This document shows positions 49,221 to 59,577 of a stretch of DNA of 64,000 nucleotides, piece after piece. How positions within the stretch are numbered: position 1 is the stretch's first letter; every line of letters begins with the position of its first letter. Position numbers and translations under genes: made by a program. The notes under the pieces are model-generated. The model was not told where the DNA came from. It saw only the letters and a program-made list of their open reading frames with translations, and made no database searches. This DNA comes from Ignavibacteriota bacterium (GTDB taxonomy: Bacteria; Bacteroidota; Ignavibacteria; UBA10030; UBA6906). The DNA lies in assembly GCA_963849385.1 (NCBI GenBank), contig CAWKHH010000006.1:381394-445393 (forward strand), written 5' to 3'.

Positions 49221-49670
49221 TTATAGTCTGCTCCGGACTATCTCTTCGAAGTCCAGCAGGTGATTGCGCAAGTCGACGTTTGTGACCTCATCTTTGCCGT
49301 TACTCCGGACCAAATACACCCTGACCCAGGTTCCTGTTGGGAGCGAACTCTGCTTGAAGTCTCCTTTGATCTGGAACTCTCCGCCCAGGGCTCTCGTGAG
49401 AGCATCAACGGAAGGCGCACCGGCAGTGCTTTTTACAAGCGATATCACGATCAACGTGTCCCTGAAATCCTTGTGGGTTACAGAAACCTCGAGTGTGCCT
49501 GGAACAAATGTCGGTGTCACAGTGAACGCAAGGTCGCCGGCGCCGCTACGCTCAAAAGACATGCAATCGTATGGCCCGCCCGGCCCTGTCGACTGATCTC
49601 CGCAGGACGCCAACAGGGTTAAGGCAAACAGCAGAGGGATGGGGCTAAGGTACCAGAGGATTCTCTTCAT
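49221..49670 (-). CDS. small lipoprotein, unknown function
   Basis: LFALTLLASC lipobox; 149 aa. Confidence 0.55.
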   Translation of the reverse strand: MKRILWYLSPIPLLFALTLLASCGDQSTGPGGPYDCMSFERSGAGDLAFTVTPTFVPGTLEVSVTHKDFRDTLIVISLVKSTAGAPSVDALTRALGGEFQIKGDFKQSSLPTGTWVRVYLVRSNGKDEVTNVDLRNHLLDFEEIVRSRL

Positions 49671-49696
49671 GGATGAGATCTCAACCGGTTGGTGAG

Positions 49697-50513
49697 CTAT
49701 TTTGTTAACACCATCATTGTCGCCAGAACCCTCTGACCTCCCTGTTCACGGACCAGGCCTGACACACCCTCTCCAGCCGGTTCCGTCTGAAACCGGCAAA
49801 AATACACGACCGCTCGCCAGTCCCGACCCGTCGAACTGCACAGTATACATGCCCGGCCGCTTCCATTCATTCACAAGCACTCCCACCTCGCGGCCGAGCA
49901 TGTCATACACGGCGAGCCTTACAAGCAGGGTTGCGGGTTGCGGATTCAGGGTTGGTGATTCTGCGCCCCAGAACCCGCCACCCGGCACCCGGAACCCAAT
50001 CGTTGTAACCGGATTGAACGGGTTCGGATAGTTGCAGAGACTCATCCCGGCAGGCACCAACGCCACATCCTCTTCAGTGACAGACGTCGGATTGCACTCA
50101 CTCTGGTAGAATGCCCGCGCAAGAAAAGACCCGATGGAGGTATTGACCGCAAATGAGATCGAGCCAATGTACATCAAGGTGTCGTTGGCGTAGTGATATT
50201 CTTTGCGCCTGTCCCGGTACACCCGGGCAATGTAGGATCCCGGCGCAAGGCCTGCCATTGACACCTCCATATCGAAATGACAGATGCACCGCGCGAGCGG
50301 ACCAACGGTATCGGTTTGCACCCAGGTGATGGTGTCGTGAGAAATGGTCAGCGCTGATATGAAGTGCGACGCGCAGTTCTCCACGGCACGGATGTCCCAG
50401 ATGCTTATGCTGTCTCCGGTCACCCGGATATACAATGAATCATCCCTGGTGGCTGCGGCTGTTGTGCCGGCTCCCAACAAGGTGAGCAGAATGATTCGTT
50501 GAAGTGCTATCAT
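49697..50513 (-). CDS. secreted protein with T9SS C-terminal sorting domain (one frame change in the CTD)
   Basis: Signal peptide MIALQRIILLTLLGAGTTAAA at ATG 50513. CTD NYPNPFNPVTTIGFRV...LAVYDMLGREVGVLVNE...LASG, then the next frame reads VYFCRFQTE...RVLATMMVLTK-TAG (49697). There is an extra C near 49795. Confidence 0.65.
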
Positions 50514-50533
50514 GGTCGTTCTACCTCCGAAGA

Positions 50534-53031
50534 TCAGAATCGCACGTTTAATCCCACAGCCGGATACAACGGAAGGAGTTTGAGGTCCCTCATGGTGACG
50601 GTCCATTTGCGCCGCAGATCCGAGCCCGGGTTCACCGTCCATTCATACGGGTCCAGCAACCCGTAGGCATTCATCATGCGGAGGGTAAGCTGGCAGTGCA
50701 CACCCCAGAGCGCGATTCGCCTCCGTATGTTGATTTCCATGCGCTGGAATCCGGGACTTCTGCTTCCATTCGGGTCAATGGCGTTGGCGGCGTAGGAGGC
50801 GCGGACATCCACTCCCTTAGAACCGTTGAAACTGAATGTCAGTGGTGATGCTGTCGGCGTCGACGGCGGCTCGGAAGTAAGGACACACACGCCACCCACG
50901 GCCCATTCTTCTCCGGGTGAGTACGTGACCCAGAGTTCCACTTCATGCCTGCGATCAAAGGCCGGAGCGAAAGGCTCGCCGTTGTTTACGCCCGCAAAGG
51001 TATCGGAGAGCCAACCGAGCGTGTACCGGAGCGAGCCGGTAAGCACTCCGAATCGTTTGCGGACTGAAATACTCCCCCCGTAGGCGCGTTCAGCGCCATA
51101 CAGTATGCTGTTCATAAGAGAAGATGATCTACTGTCTCTGTGAAACCACTTCGAATCCATGATAGTCACGGGTGGTACGATGGTACGCTTCTATGGAAGC
51201 GACGTAGGCTTCTGCGGCCCAGGCCCTTTCAACCCCAGCAGTGATCTGCAGTGATGACGTGGGTTTCACTTCGGAGCCGGAGGGATACCAAAACGCCGTA
51301 GGATAGAAGTAGAAGACTCCCGTAGTCCGGTACGGATGAATGAATTGATTGATCGCGGTCAATGAGGCGTACACCCGGGTATTGTCGTCCACAGCGGCAA
51401 GGATGGAAAACCGTGGATCGACCGCAGAGAGTGAACCATTGCTTCCCATGAATGAAGTCAATCGGGCCCCCAGTTCGGCAGTTACGCTGGCTGCAAGCCG
51501 CCATTGGTCCTGCAGATACACAGCCAGCTCCCACGATGAGAATCCCCTGAAGCAAGAATGGGGCGTTGGAGAGCGAGAATTCGCTGATGGCCGCGCTGAT
51601 CCCGTGTCCGGTCAGTTCCACACCCCCACGGATAGTATGGTCTCTGTCAAGAAAGTGCTCCGCGTGAGCACGAACACTGAGATCCTCAACCCTGTAGTCC
51701 GACGAGAGCATTCCGGGCGACGGTGGAGTCACCTGACCGGTCAGGATGTGATCCATCGTAAGATCATATCGGGAATACGCAATAGAACCATACAGGAACA
51801 ACGATGACGAGCCAATGCCAAACCACCGGGCTTGAAGATTCTTGTTCGCCCAGGAGAACGAATTGTCGAGGCTTCCCCCGCCTCCCTCCGCGCTGTTCTC
51901 ATAGGTATCACGCCCCAGATATCCACTCAGGAACAGCCGGCTGCTTGATCGCCAGCCGGTAGTTCGCTTTGCCGATTACCTCGTAGGATCCCGACCGGCT
52001 CATTGACGGCATCCGGCTCAAGCAAAGGCACCGCCGGGTCCACATACGCCCGCCGGCCGGAAATAAGAAACGTCGATTCCTCGCTCAAGGGTCCCTCAAT
52101 GAACAGCCGGGCCCCAAGCGAACCGACTCCCGCCATTCCTGTGACTCGTTCCTTCGTCCCTTCGCGAATGGACAGATCCAGGAGTCCGCCGATCCGTCCT
52201 CCATAGTACGGAGAGAGTCCGTTGACGGCCGGCTCAACATCGTTCAGCACATCCGGCTGAAATGTCGCAAGGATGCCGCCGAAGTGGGATGGGTTGTAGA
52301 TGCGGGCGCCGTCGAGCAGATACTGTGTCTGGTCCGACGGAACAGAGCGAATGTACATCCCCCGCACGAGTCCCCCCGCCGGCGTCGATTCGGTCCGATG
52401 TCCTTCCACGGTGAATTCCTGCATGGCAATATCTTCCTGACGGAGGGAGATATCCACACGCACGGTCCCCTGTCCCGAAATGTGCAACGGACAACGATTG
52501 ACGGCATATCCAATTGCCCGAACCACCAGCAGATACTCTCCGCTCTCAACATCCGGGAGGGAAAAGAATCCGAAGGAATTCGTTGGACACCACCGCACCA
52601 TTTCGAGTATTGAGTCCTTCGCGTACTTCTGCAACAGCACCGTCGCCCCGGCAACCCACCCGCCGGTCAATGAATCCGAGAGAACTCCACTTACCGTGGC
52701 GACTGCATGCATCTTCTCGTCCGGACGCTGGCGAAGAATGTACTGGTTCCCCATCCGTATCCACATAAGCCCGGTTCCGCTCAGAAGCTGTTCCAACGCA
52801 TCCACGGCAGAGCAGGAATTGCACCGGGATGTCACTTTCACACCGCTGACATCGCTGTCAAAGTACACTATCGAAATGCCGTACCAACGCATGAGGGAAT
52901 CAAGCGCAACACGCAGGTCTCCGTTCTCGAAACGGAAGGACCGTTGTCGGTCCGGACTCCTGCGCGTCGCCGGATGAGGGAAGCACGGCGAGGAGCAGGA
53001 GACTAATATAGAGTATAGCTGCTATTCTCAT
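50534..53031 (-). pseudogene. TonB-dependent receptor with N-terminal STN signalling domain and CarboxypepD_reg domain; at least 6 frame disruptions
   Basis: ATG 53031 gives the signal peptide MRIAAILYISLLLLAVLPSSG. In the next frame comes the STN block SFRFENGDLRVALDSLMRWYGISIVYFDSDV..., followed by the plug (ORF 51927..52892). Barrel pieces follow in ORFs 51229..51801, 51129..51521 and 50534..51169, ending ...LYPAVGLNVRF. Confidence 0.7.
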
Positions 53032-53926
53032 GTCGGTACGAGGCACCCGAAAGGACGCAAAGGGTCTTCAGTGCTGCTTCGACACTCCGGCCGTCCACAA
53101 CACCAGTAATCGTTTCGTCGGTCAGCCGTGCATTGCCGACGACAACCGGCACGCCGAACTCTTCGGCGATTTGACGGCATGCGGCCGCGAGATTCGTCCG
53201 GTGGAAGAGGAATTTGCCGTTCATCCATCCGGGGTAGTCCGCTGCGAAGGGAAGTTCCTCCGGAGCCCCGGGAAGTCCGCCTTTCGGAAAGGTGGTGAAT
53301 TGGCCGGCCTGGAGTACTACAGTGCTGTCTCCGCCCTGTCGTGACGCTGTTACCCTGACCTTGCCGCTCACCACAGCCACTTCCATTTCATCATGACGTA
53401 CCCGGACGTTGAATTCGGTCCCGAGCACCTGCACTGACCCGACGGCCGTCTCAACGATGAATGGTGTGCCGGTTTTTCGCACCTTGAAAAAGGCCTCACC
53501 TATCAGCGCCGTTCGCCGGCCACTCTTCACATCCCGGTGAAGCACTGCGATTTCGGAGTTGTGATTGAGAGTCACTTCACTACTGTCGGCAAGGAAAATT
53601 GTGCTGCGCTCTCCAACTCCCGTTTGGTACAGAAGCGGGGGTGCAGGCTGGAACCAGAAGAGGCCGACGAGAACCACAACAACCGTTGCACCGAGGGCGA
53701 ACGCGATCGCGGGTTTGAACCGGTACCCGTGCCCGGCGGACCGGGGTGCGGACACCTCGCGGGACGGCTGTTCGATTCGTGCTCTCAGCAGATTCCATTG
53801 ACCCGCCGTGTCGGGATTCTGAGCGGAAATCCCGGCGATGTCGCCGGAGAGAGCCCTTTTCATTGAAACGTCAGATGGCGGAGCAGGCCGGCGACCGTTC
53901 CGATCATTCCGATCATTCCGATCCAT
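53003..53926 (-). CDS. FecR-family anti-sigma factor / transmembrane sensor
   Basis: TM AIAFALGATVVVVLVGLFWF and FecR core GERSTIFLADSSEVTLNHNSEIAVL...GEAFFKV...VQVLGTEFNV. Its 3' end overlaps the receptor start by 29 nt. Confidence 0.8.
   Translation of the reverse strand: MDRNDRNDRNGRRPAPPSDVSMKRALSGDIAGISAQNPDTAGQWNLLRARIEQPSREVSAPRSAGHGYRFKPAIAFALGATVVVVLVGLFWFQPAPPLLYQTGVGERSTIFLADSSEVTLNHNSEIAVLHRDVKSGRRTALIGEAFFKVRKTGTPFIVETAVGSVQVLGTEFNVRVRHDEMEVAVVSGKVRVTASRQGGDSTVVLQAGQFTTFPKGGLPGAPEELPFAADYPGWMNGKFLFHRTNLAAACRQIAEEFGVPVVVGNARLTDETITGVVDGRSVEAALKTLCVLSGASYRHENSSYTLY
53897..53923 (-). repeat. three tandem 9-nt units (GATCGGAAY) encoding (DRN)3 at the N-terminus of the FecR-like protein
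   Basis: Minus strand reads ATG GAT CGG AAT GAT CGG AAT GAT CGG AAC. Confidence 0.8.
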
Positions 53927-54031
53927 TCCGTGTAAACCAACGGGTTATGTGCACCATGGCGATCCTCCTACTGACATAACGCACCAGCCTGCCGCATCCC
54001 CCAACGGCATTCCCAAAAACAATCGGGGGGG

Positions 54032-54619
54032 TTGCTTCATTTCTTTTCTCATGATAGATTCTTGAAAGGCCTCGTGGAAGAAACCAGCCAGGATATTGCA
54101 TTGCTGACCCGGGTGAAGGGCTCTGATCCTGACGCCTTCGGTGAACTGTTCCGCAAGTACCAGCCTCTTGTGTACCGCCAGGTATTTTTCCGCGTACGGG
54201 ATGCAGACACTTCCCACGAGATCGTTCAGGAGACGTTTGTCCGGATCTGGGAGCATCGCACGTCTCTCAAGCCTCACCTTCCCTTCCTGGCACTCACGCT
54301 GCGGGTGAGCCAGAACCTCGTGCGCGATATGGCCAGACGGCACTCGACGCGCGAGCGTCTTGCGAAAGAGATCCCCGCCCCGTTTCCGTCAGAGGGGGAT
54401 GATCCGGCAGAGGCTCTGCATCTGCGCATACTGGAGCAGCGCATCGTGGAGATTATCAATAGCCGCCTGGGGGACCGGTGCAGAACGGTCTTTCTTATGA
54501 GCAGGTACGAAGGGAAATCACATCAGGAAATTGCGGAGCTGCTGGGGATCACCGGGAAAACAGTGGAAAATCAGATTGCGCGGGCTTTGAAAGTGTTGAA
54601 AAAGGGGCTTGAGAGATGA
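54032..54619 (+). CDS. ECF (sigma-70 group IV) RNA polymerase sigma factor
   Basis: Region 2 FGELFRKYQPLVYRQVFFRV...EIVQETFVRIWE and region 4 SHQEIAELLGITGKTVENQIARA. The true start may be TTG 54062 or GTG 54074. Confidence 0.85.
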   Translation: MLHFFSHDRFLKGLVEETSQDIALLTRVKGSDPDAFGELFRKYQPLVYRQVFFRVRDADTSHEIVQETFVRIWEHRTSLKPHLPFLALTLRVSQNLVRDMARRHSTRERLAKEIPAPFPSEGDDPAEALHLRILEQRIVEIINSRLGDRCRTVFLMSRYEGKSHQEIAELLGITGKTVENQIARALKVLKKGLER

Positions 54620-54660
54620 CTCTGCCCTTGCGCCGGTACTCAGGAAGCACAAGGGCAGAG
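54620..54660. terminator. hairpin between convergent ECF sigma gene and T9SS cargo gene
   Basis: CTCTGCCCTTG...CAAGGGCAGAG, an 11-bp perfect stem with a 19-nt loop. There is no clear U-tract. Confidence 0.4.
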
Positions 54661-54707
54661 CTCATAGAAGAGAACATCATACGCTGCATTGTCCGGGGTT
54701 GCTGCAA

Positions 54708-55878
54708 TCATTTCACGAGCATCATTCTTCTGGTGTCGACAAAGGATCCCGTCGTAAGACGGTACAGATAGACGCCGCTCGCCAGGTGGGCCGCATTAAA
54801 CTGCACCGTGTATGTCCCGGCGGATTTCTGCTCGTTCACCAGCACCGCAACCTCTCGTCCGAGCATGTCGGACACGCTGAGCCTGATCCAGTTCGAACCC
54901 AGACCCGCGACCCTGTACCCTATTGTCGTACTCGGGTTGAACGGGTTCGGATAGTTCTGCTCCAATCCGAATGTCGAAGGAACCTCCGCGGCGGTCTGTA
55001 CATCTGTGGGCAGCGGATTGCTCCATTTTACGTATCGCACTTTTGTGGTGCCGCCGGTGACGGTTGTATCGCTTATACCGACTTCCACCGACGCACCGTT
55101 CTTCGCCAGGAATATGTACTGGAGCGGGATATTGATGTTGTTGACCGTGTCTGATGTAGCTGTATTTTCCGATTTTCCGGATGCGCAGCGCCTCCTGCGA
55201 GTGCCCGCCGGGAACCATAAGTGTTCCGTACGCATCGACAATGTAGGTGACGGAGTCCGTGTTGCCGACTTTTACGTCAAAATTTCCCAAGAAACTGATG
55301 GAACCAAGAAGCGAGTCAGCGAAGTTGCTGGTCCAGCTCTTCGATAACTCGAGCGGGAAACGGTATTCGACTGAAGGCGGTCTGTTGACCCACCGGGGGT
55401 TTGTGATGGTAATAGGAAACGTAGGTGCACTATCGAGAAATCCGGACGCGACTGCGCCGATACCGTAGTACCGCAGTGCATCACCCATACTGTAGTAGAG
55501 GTACGCCGCTGTCGACTTGACTGTTCCCCATCCAAGCCCGAGCGTACCTGTATTCAGCCTGTAGGCGAATGCCGTATCGAGAACCGCGACCGTGGCCTGT
55601 GAAAACTCGGCAGCGTACGGAGAGGTTTGCACCGGCACGCTTGTCCGAATCACCAACTTGGTCGTGTTGAGACCGGAGAAATTCCAGATCGTGGGACCAC
55701 CCGGTGAGCCAATGTCCACAGAGGTGGTCAGACTGTCATAGTGAGATGTGGTCCTGACGCCGACAGCAAACATCGACTTCACATCATTGCTGTCGATGGT
55801 GATGGGTTGGGACTTGCTGCTGATCGCGCCGACCGTGAGCATTCCGGCGCACATGAGAAATCGTATCGTTCTCGACAT
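54708..55878 (-). CDS. secreted protein with canonical T9SS C-terminal sorting domain (one frame change near 55190)
   Basis: GGAGGAG RBS and ATG 55878 (MSRTIRFLMCAGMLTVGAISS). The N-terminal part lies in ORF 54796..55971 and the C-terminal part in ORF 54708..55241, ending NYPNPFNPSTTIGYRVAGLGSNWIRLSVSDMLGREVAVLVNE...ASGVYLYRLTTGSFVDTRRMMLVK. Confidence 0.7.
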
Positions 55879-55956
55879 ATCTCCTCCTTCTGGATTCACT
55901 TCACATTTTCTGACGCAGGCAGTACGTGCAACTACAGCAATGCGCGCTCCACATGC

Positions 55957-55991
55957 TGTGATGCCCGTCACACATTGTGATTGCCGTCACA
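55957..55991. promoter_or_regulatory. two tandem perfect TGTGA-N6-TCACA palindromes (CRP/FNR-family-type boxes)
   Basis: TGTGATGCCCGTCACA at 55957-55972 and TGTGATTGCCGTCACA at 55976-55991, centres 19 bp apart. They lie 79-113 nt upstream of ATG 55878 and overlap the stop of the receptor gene. Confidence 0.55.
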
Positions 55992-58191
55992 TCCTCGCCT
56001 CGAGCACAAGCATATACGTGCGGGGAGGCATCATATTCCCGATCAATTCCACGTAGTTATACTGGAATGCATTGTTCACCGTACCTGTTACGGTGAAGGG
56101 TGCGTTTCCAAGATTGAAATCAACACCCAGGCGGAAGTCTGTCACGAAAATCTCCGTACGCGCGTCACCGTCCGGTATGATGCCAAAATTTCCGAGGATG
56201 TCGTCAACCCGGTCGACACGGCTGATATAGCGGAAGTCCGTGGACGCATGCAACCACCCGACCCGGCCGGAGAGTGACGTGTAGAAAAGATGGCGGGGAC
56301 GATATTTGAGGAGATCGTGTTGCGTAATATCTTCAGGATACACGTACGTATAGCCGAGACTATATTGGAGCATGCCCTCGAAGAACCCCAGCTTCAACGA
56401 AGTCTCGACGCCCTGGATACGTGCCTTTGCCACATTGCGCCATTGAAAGCGGAGAGCGGTTCCTTCGACATCCGGCACAACTTCAATCAGGTTGTCAAAG
56501 TCCGAACGAAATCCGGCAATGTCGAAAGTCCCGAATCCTCCGAGCCGTTGGGAAACTCCGAGTTCAAACGACCAGCTGCGTTCCGGCTTGAGATCTTCAT
56601 TGGGTCGCGCTATGATATTACTGAACCCCGCCATCAGAAAGGCCTCGGCAACGGAGGGCACGCGGAATCCACGCCCGATCGAGCCGCGTGCTGTCGTTCC
56701 CTCAAACGGGGTATAGGCAAGCGCAACCTTCGGGTTCAGCGAACCGCCCGGCGCGGTGACTCCCACGGAAGTGAAGTCATAGCGGCCGCCGACCGTCATC
56801 GTGAGCGGTTTTGTCAGGCGTATTTCATCCTGTCCGTACAGGGCAAACCCGCCTATCACTCTATCGCTGATGACGTCTCCGCCGATGATGTCAGCGTTCC
56901 CATCGATACCGAACGTCAACGTATGTCTGTCATTGGGTATGAGTGTGGCCTGTGTTTCCAGCCTGAAGTCATCTGCGATGGATTCGGCGCGTCCGATGCC
57001 GCTCCGGGTCTCAAAGCCCCAGTCGTTGTGGAACCACATGGCACGCGTGGTAATGGCAAAACCTTCGTGAATCACCATTGAGTACTGGCCTGTGGTGAAG
57101 AACCGGATGGATTTGATATTGTCGTCCTGCTGTGCGATGGGGGGAATATAGGCAGAGTCAAGACTCCGCCAGTACAGGTACTGACCGCCGTACTGATACA
57201 GCAGTCCGAAGGTCAGCGTCAGAGCGCTATTCTGGGCGTAGTCCTCTTTCACTTTGACATAGAAGTTGTACCGGCGACGGTAGTCGTTCTGCCGGTAACC
57301 GTCATCAAATTGCCGCGACAGGAAGAGTGCGATTCCGAGGTCGCCTACCCGATAGGAGTGGCTCACCGACTGGCCGTTAAGGAACCGGTTTTTCGAGCTC
57401 CATTTCCATTGCTCGAAGGTTGGCTGGTTATACATGCCGCCAAAGAGCCGGATATTCGTGTTGGGTGTCTCCGGGATTTCTTTCGTGATCACATTGATTA
57501 CGCCCCCGAGGGCATTGGAGCCGTACAGGGCGGAACTCGCTCCCTTCACCACTTCGATCCGATCCACCTGTCCGATAGGAATCGTCTCAAAGTTCAACTC
57601 GCCGGTGTCACCCGTGATGAACGGGATTCCATCCAGAAGCATCAGTACGCGGCTTCCGGCACCCCTGCTGTAGCCGCTGGACCCGCGGATGTTGACCTGG
57701 AAACCGGTCATGTTCACGCCGGGGATATAGCGGAGAGCATCATCAAGAACCAGCGCATTGCGCTGACGGATATCCGCCGCATCGAGCACGGAAATACTGA
57801 TGGGGACCTCCTCAAGGGATTGTGCTCTCCTGCTGGCAGTCACAACAACCTGATCAAACTGCACAGGTGTGCCCGTCAGCGAGATATTCACCACCGCCTC
57901 GCGTCCCTCTTCCACGTTCACGTCCGGACGCACACTCCGTTGGTATCCGACCATCGACACCATGAGAGAATAGCGGCCCGGGGAGAGATCAGTGATCTTG
58001 AATTCTCCCTTGAGGTTTGTCGTTGTGCCACGCACGGAGCCCTGGACAAGGACAATGGCACCGATGAGCGGTTCGGCCTGGCCTTCTGTGAGGGAGGTTA
58101 CGCGGCCGGAAATGCTCCCACCCACGGCCAATGCTTGCGCAGCAACAGAGGCAAGCAACAGGATCGTCAGAATTGTTCGAGTCATCGCCAT
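55987..58191 (-). CDS. TonB-dependent receptor (CarboxypepD_reg + plug + barrel), intact
   Basis: Signal peptide, ISGRVTS...LIGAIVLVQGS...GEFKITDLSPGRYSLMVSMVGYQ, and plug IEVVKGASSALYGSNALGGVINVITK. 734 aa. Confidence 0.85.
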   Translation of the reverse strand: MAMTRTILTILLLASVAAQALAVGGSISGRVTSLTEGQAEPLIGAIVLVQGSVRGTTTNLKGEFKITDLSPGRYSLMVSMVGYQRSVRPDVNVEEGREAVVNISLTGTPVQFDQVVVTASRRAQSLEEVPISISVLDAADIRQRNALVLDDALRYIPGVNMTGFQVNIRGSSGYSRGAGSRVLMLLDGIPFITGDTGELNFETIPIGQVDRIEVVKGASSALYGSNALGGVINVITKEIPETPNTNIRLFGGMYNQPTFEQWKWSSKNRFLNGQSVSHSYRVGDLGIALFLSRQFDDGYRQNDYRRRYNFYVKVKEDYAQNSALTLTFGLLYQYGGQYLYWRSLDSAYIPPIAQQDDNIKSIRFFTTGQYSMVIHEGFAITTRAMWFHNDWGFETRSGIGRAESIADDFRLETQATLIPNDRHTLTFGIDGNADIIGGDVISDRVIGGFALYGQDEIRLTKPLTMTVGGRYDFTSVGVTAPGGSLNPKVALAYTPFEGTTARGSIGRGFRVPSVAEAFLMAGFSNIIARPNEDLKPERSWSFELGVSQRLGGFGTFDIAGFRSDFDNLIEVVPDVEGTALRFQWRNVAKARIQGVETSLKLGFFEGMLQYSLGYTYVYPEDITQHDLLKYRPRHLFYTSLSGRVGWLHASTDFRYISRVDRVDDILGNFGIIPDGDARTEIFVTDFRLGVDFNLGNAPFTVTGTVNNAFQYNYVELIGNMMPPRTYMLVLEARM

Positions 58192-58719
58192 GGCTTTGGA
58201 GGAAGGTTATTGAAGTCGACGGAGATGTCAACATCCTTTCGCATCCGATTGTTGCGCACAAAAACCGATGCCGGCACAAACGTGCCTGGCGTGAGCGTAT
58301 AGACACCGGCAGGACTCCAATCGGCGAAATAGTCCGGTCCGTACCGCCACGCAACTACGATATAATTGTAGGTTGTCTCCTTCAGCAACGTCCCCTTTAC
58401 GGGAAACACGTAGTTCACCGTATCGGCAGATTTGTTGCCGAGAATCTGCAGTGCTCCTGCAACGCCGGTGGTAATGTGAGGGTAGATGGCCGCTTTCATA
58501 TCCAGCAGGGTTTGAAAGATGCTACCGCTGTCTGCCGGGAATTCCTCAAATGCAACCAGGCGGAGTTCGAGAACCTTTTCCGGAGGCGGCCAGTTTTTGA
58601 AGGTTATCACACCGCTGAAGCCGGTTTCTTCCGTGATGGGGCCCAGTCCCTTGTCACATCCCGGGATGAGTCCTGCCAGAGCCACCAGCATTCCAAGTCA
58701 AAACACGACCATTTCTCAT
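58182..58719 (-). CDS. lipoprotein upstream of and overlapping the TonB-dependent receptor (frame change in signal peptide)
   Basis: ORF 58182..58691 begins mid-signal (MLVALAGLIPGC). ATG 58719 gives MRNGRVLT, which joins it if one T near 58695 is removed. Confidence 0.5.
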
Positions 58720-58818
58720 AGGGAACCTCTAGAACATGAACAACGGCATGGGAAGAAAAGTTCGCATCAATGTGCCGTCTGAATCAACTTGCTAATGACC
58801 CACCAACACCATAGATTT

Positions 58819-58834
58819 GTAATGGAAAGATTAC
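58819..58834. promoter_or_regulatory. perfect palindrome GTAAT-N6-ATTAC in the divergent intergenic region between the lipoprotein/receptor operon and the small OMP gene
   Basis: GTAATGGAAAGATTAC, 62 nt upstream of ATG 58896 and 100 nt upstream of ATG 58719. Confidence 0.3.
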
Positions 58835-58895
58835 CGGAAACAGGTTCACCAGGACTCACTGCGCACTCGAATAAACAACACCTTACGGAGGTACT

Positions 58896-59552
58896 ATGAA
58901 ACGTTGCCTACTTTTTTGCGTCCTCGTTGCGGCGTATTCGGCCTCGGCGCAGACAATCGGGTTTGGCGTCCATGGTAATATGATTAATTCCAACATAAAT
59001 GCAAAGGTACAGGAGCTGGTGAATTACCAGTCTACGTCCGGCCTGACGCAAGTGGCCCTGGATCAGGTGTACGGCCTCGGCTACGGAGGCGGCGCGCATT
59101 TCGACCTGGGCTTTGGTATCGCCAGCATTCGGATTTCCGCGGATTATATCACGCTTTCGCCGGACAAAGCAAAGTTCACCCAGTACGTCCAGGCGGTCAT
59201 GCCCGGACTGCCTTTGCAGTTCGTTGACGGCGGAAAGATAGACATGATTTCGGGGAACGCCAACGCGAAACTCGTCGTGCTTCCGCTGCCCGTAGTGAAG
59301 CCGTATGTCACGGGAGGTGCCGGGCTTTGCAACGTGAAAGCCACCGACGTGACTCTCTCAATTGCCGGTTTCAACCTTAAGCCGATTACGCTGCTGAAGA
59401 CGCAGACTGTCGGCACATTCAATGCCGGCGCGGGGGTCGATCTCCAGTTTGGTCCCGTTACAGTCTTCGCAGAGCTGAAGGTGAACTGGTTGATGCTCGA
59501 CGAAGGCACCAGCACGATGGTCCCCATCGCGACTGCAGGCGTGACGTTCTGA
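58896..59552 (+). CDS. small outer-membrane beta-barrel protein (OmpA-beta-barrel/OmpW-like porin family)
   Basis: GGAGG RBS and signal peptide MKRCLLFCVLVAAYSASAQ. Eight or so amphipathic strands end in ...IATAGVTF. Confidence 0.7.
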   Translation: MKRCLLFCVLVAAYSASAQTIGFGVHGNMINSNINAKVQELVNYQSTSGLTQVALDQVYGLGYGGGAHFDLGFGIASIRISADYITLSPDKAKFTQYVQAVMPGLPLQFVDGGKIDMISGNANAKLVVLPLPVVKPYVTGGAGLCNVKATDVTLSIAGFNLKPITLLKTQTVGTFNAGAGVDLQFGPVTVFAELKVNWLMLDEGTSTMVPIATAGVTF

Positions 59553-59577
59553 CACCACTGTATGCATTGACGTCAAA

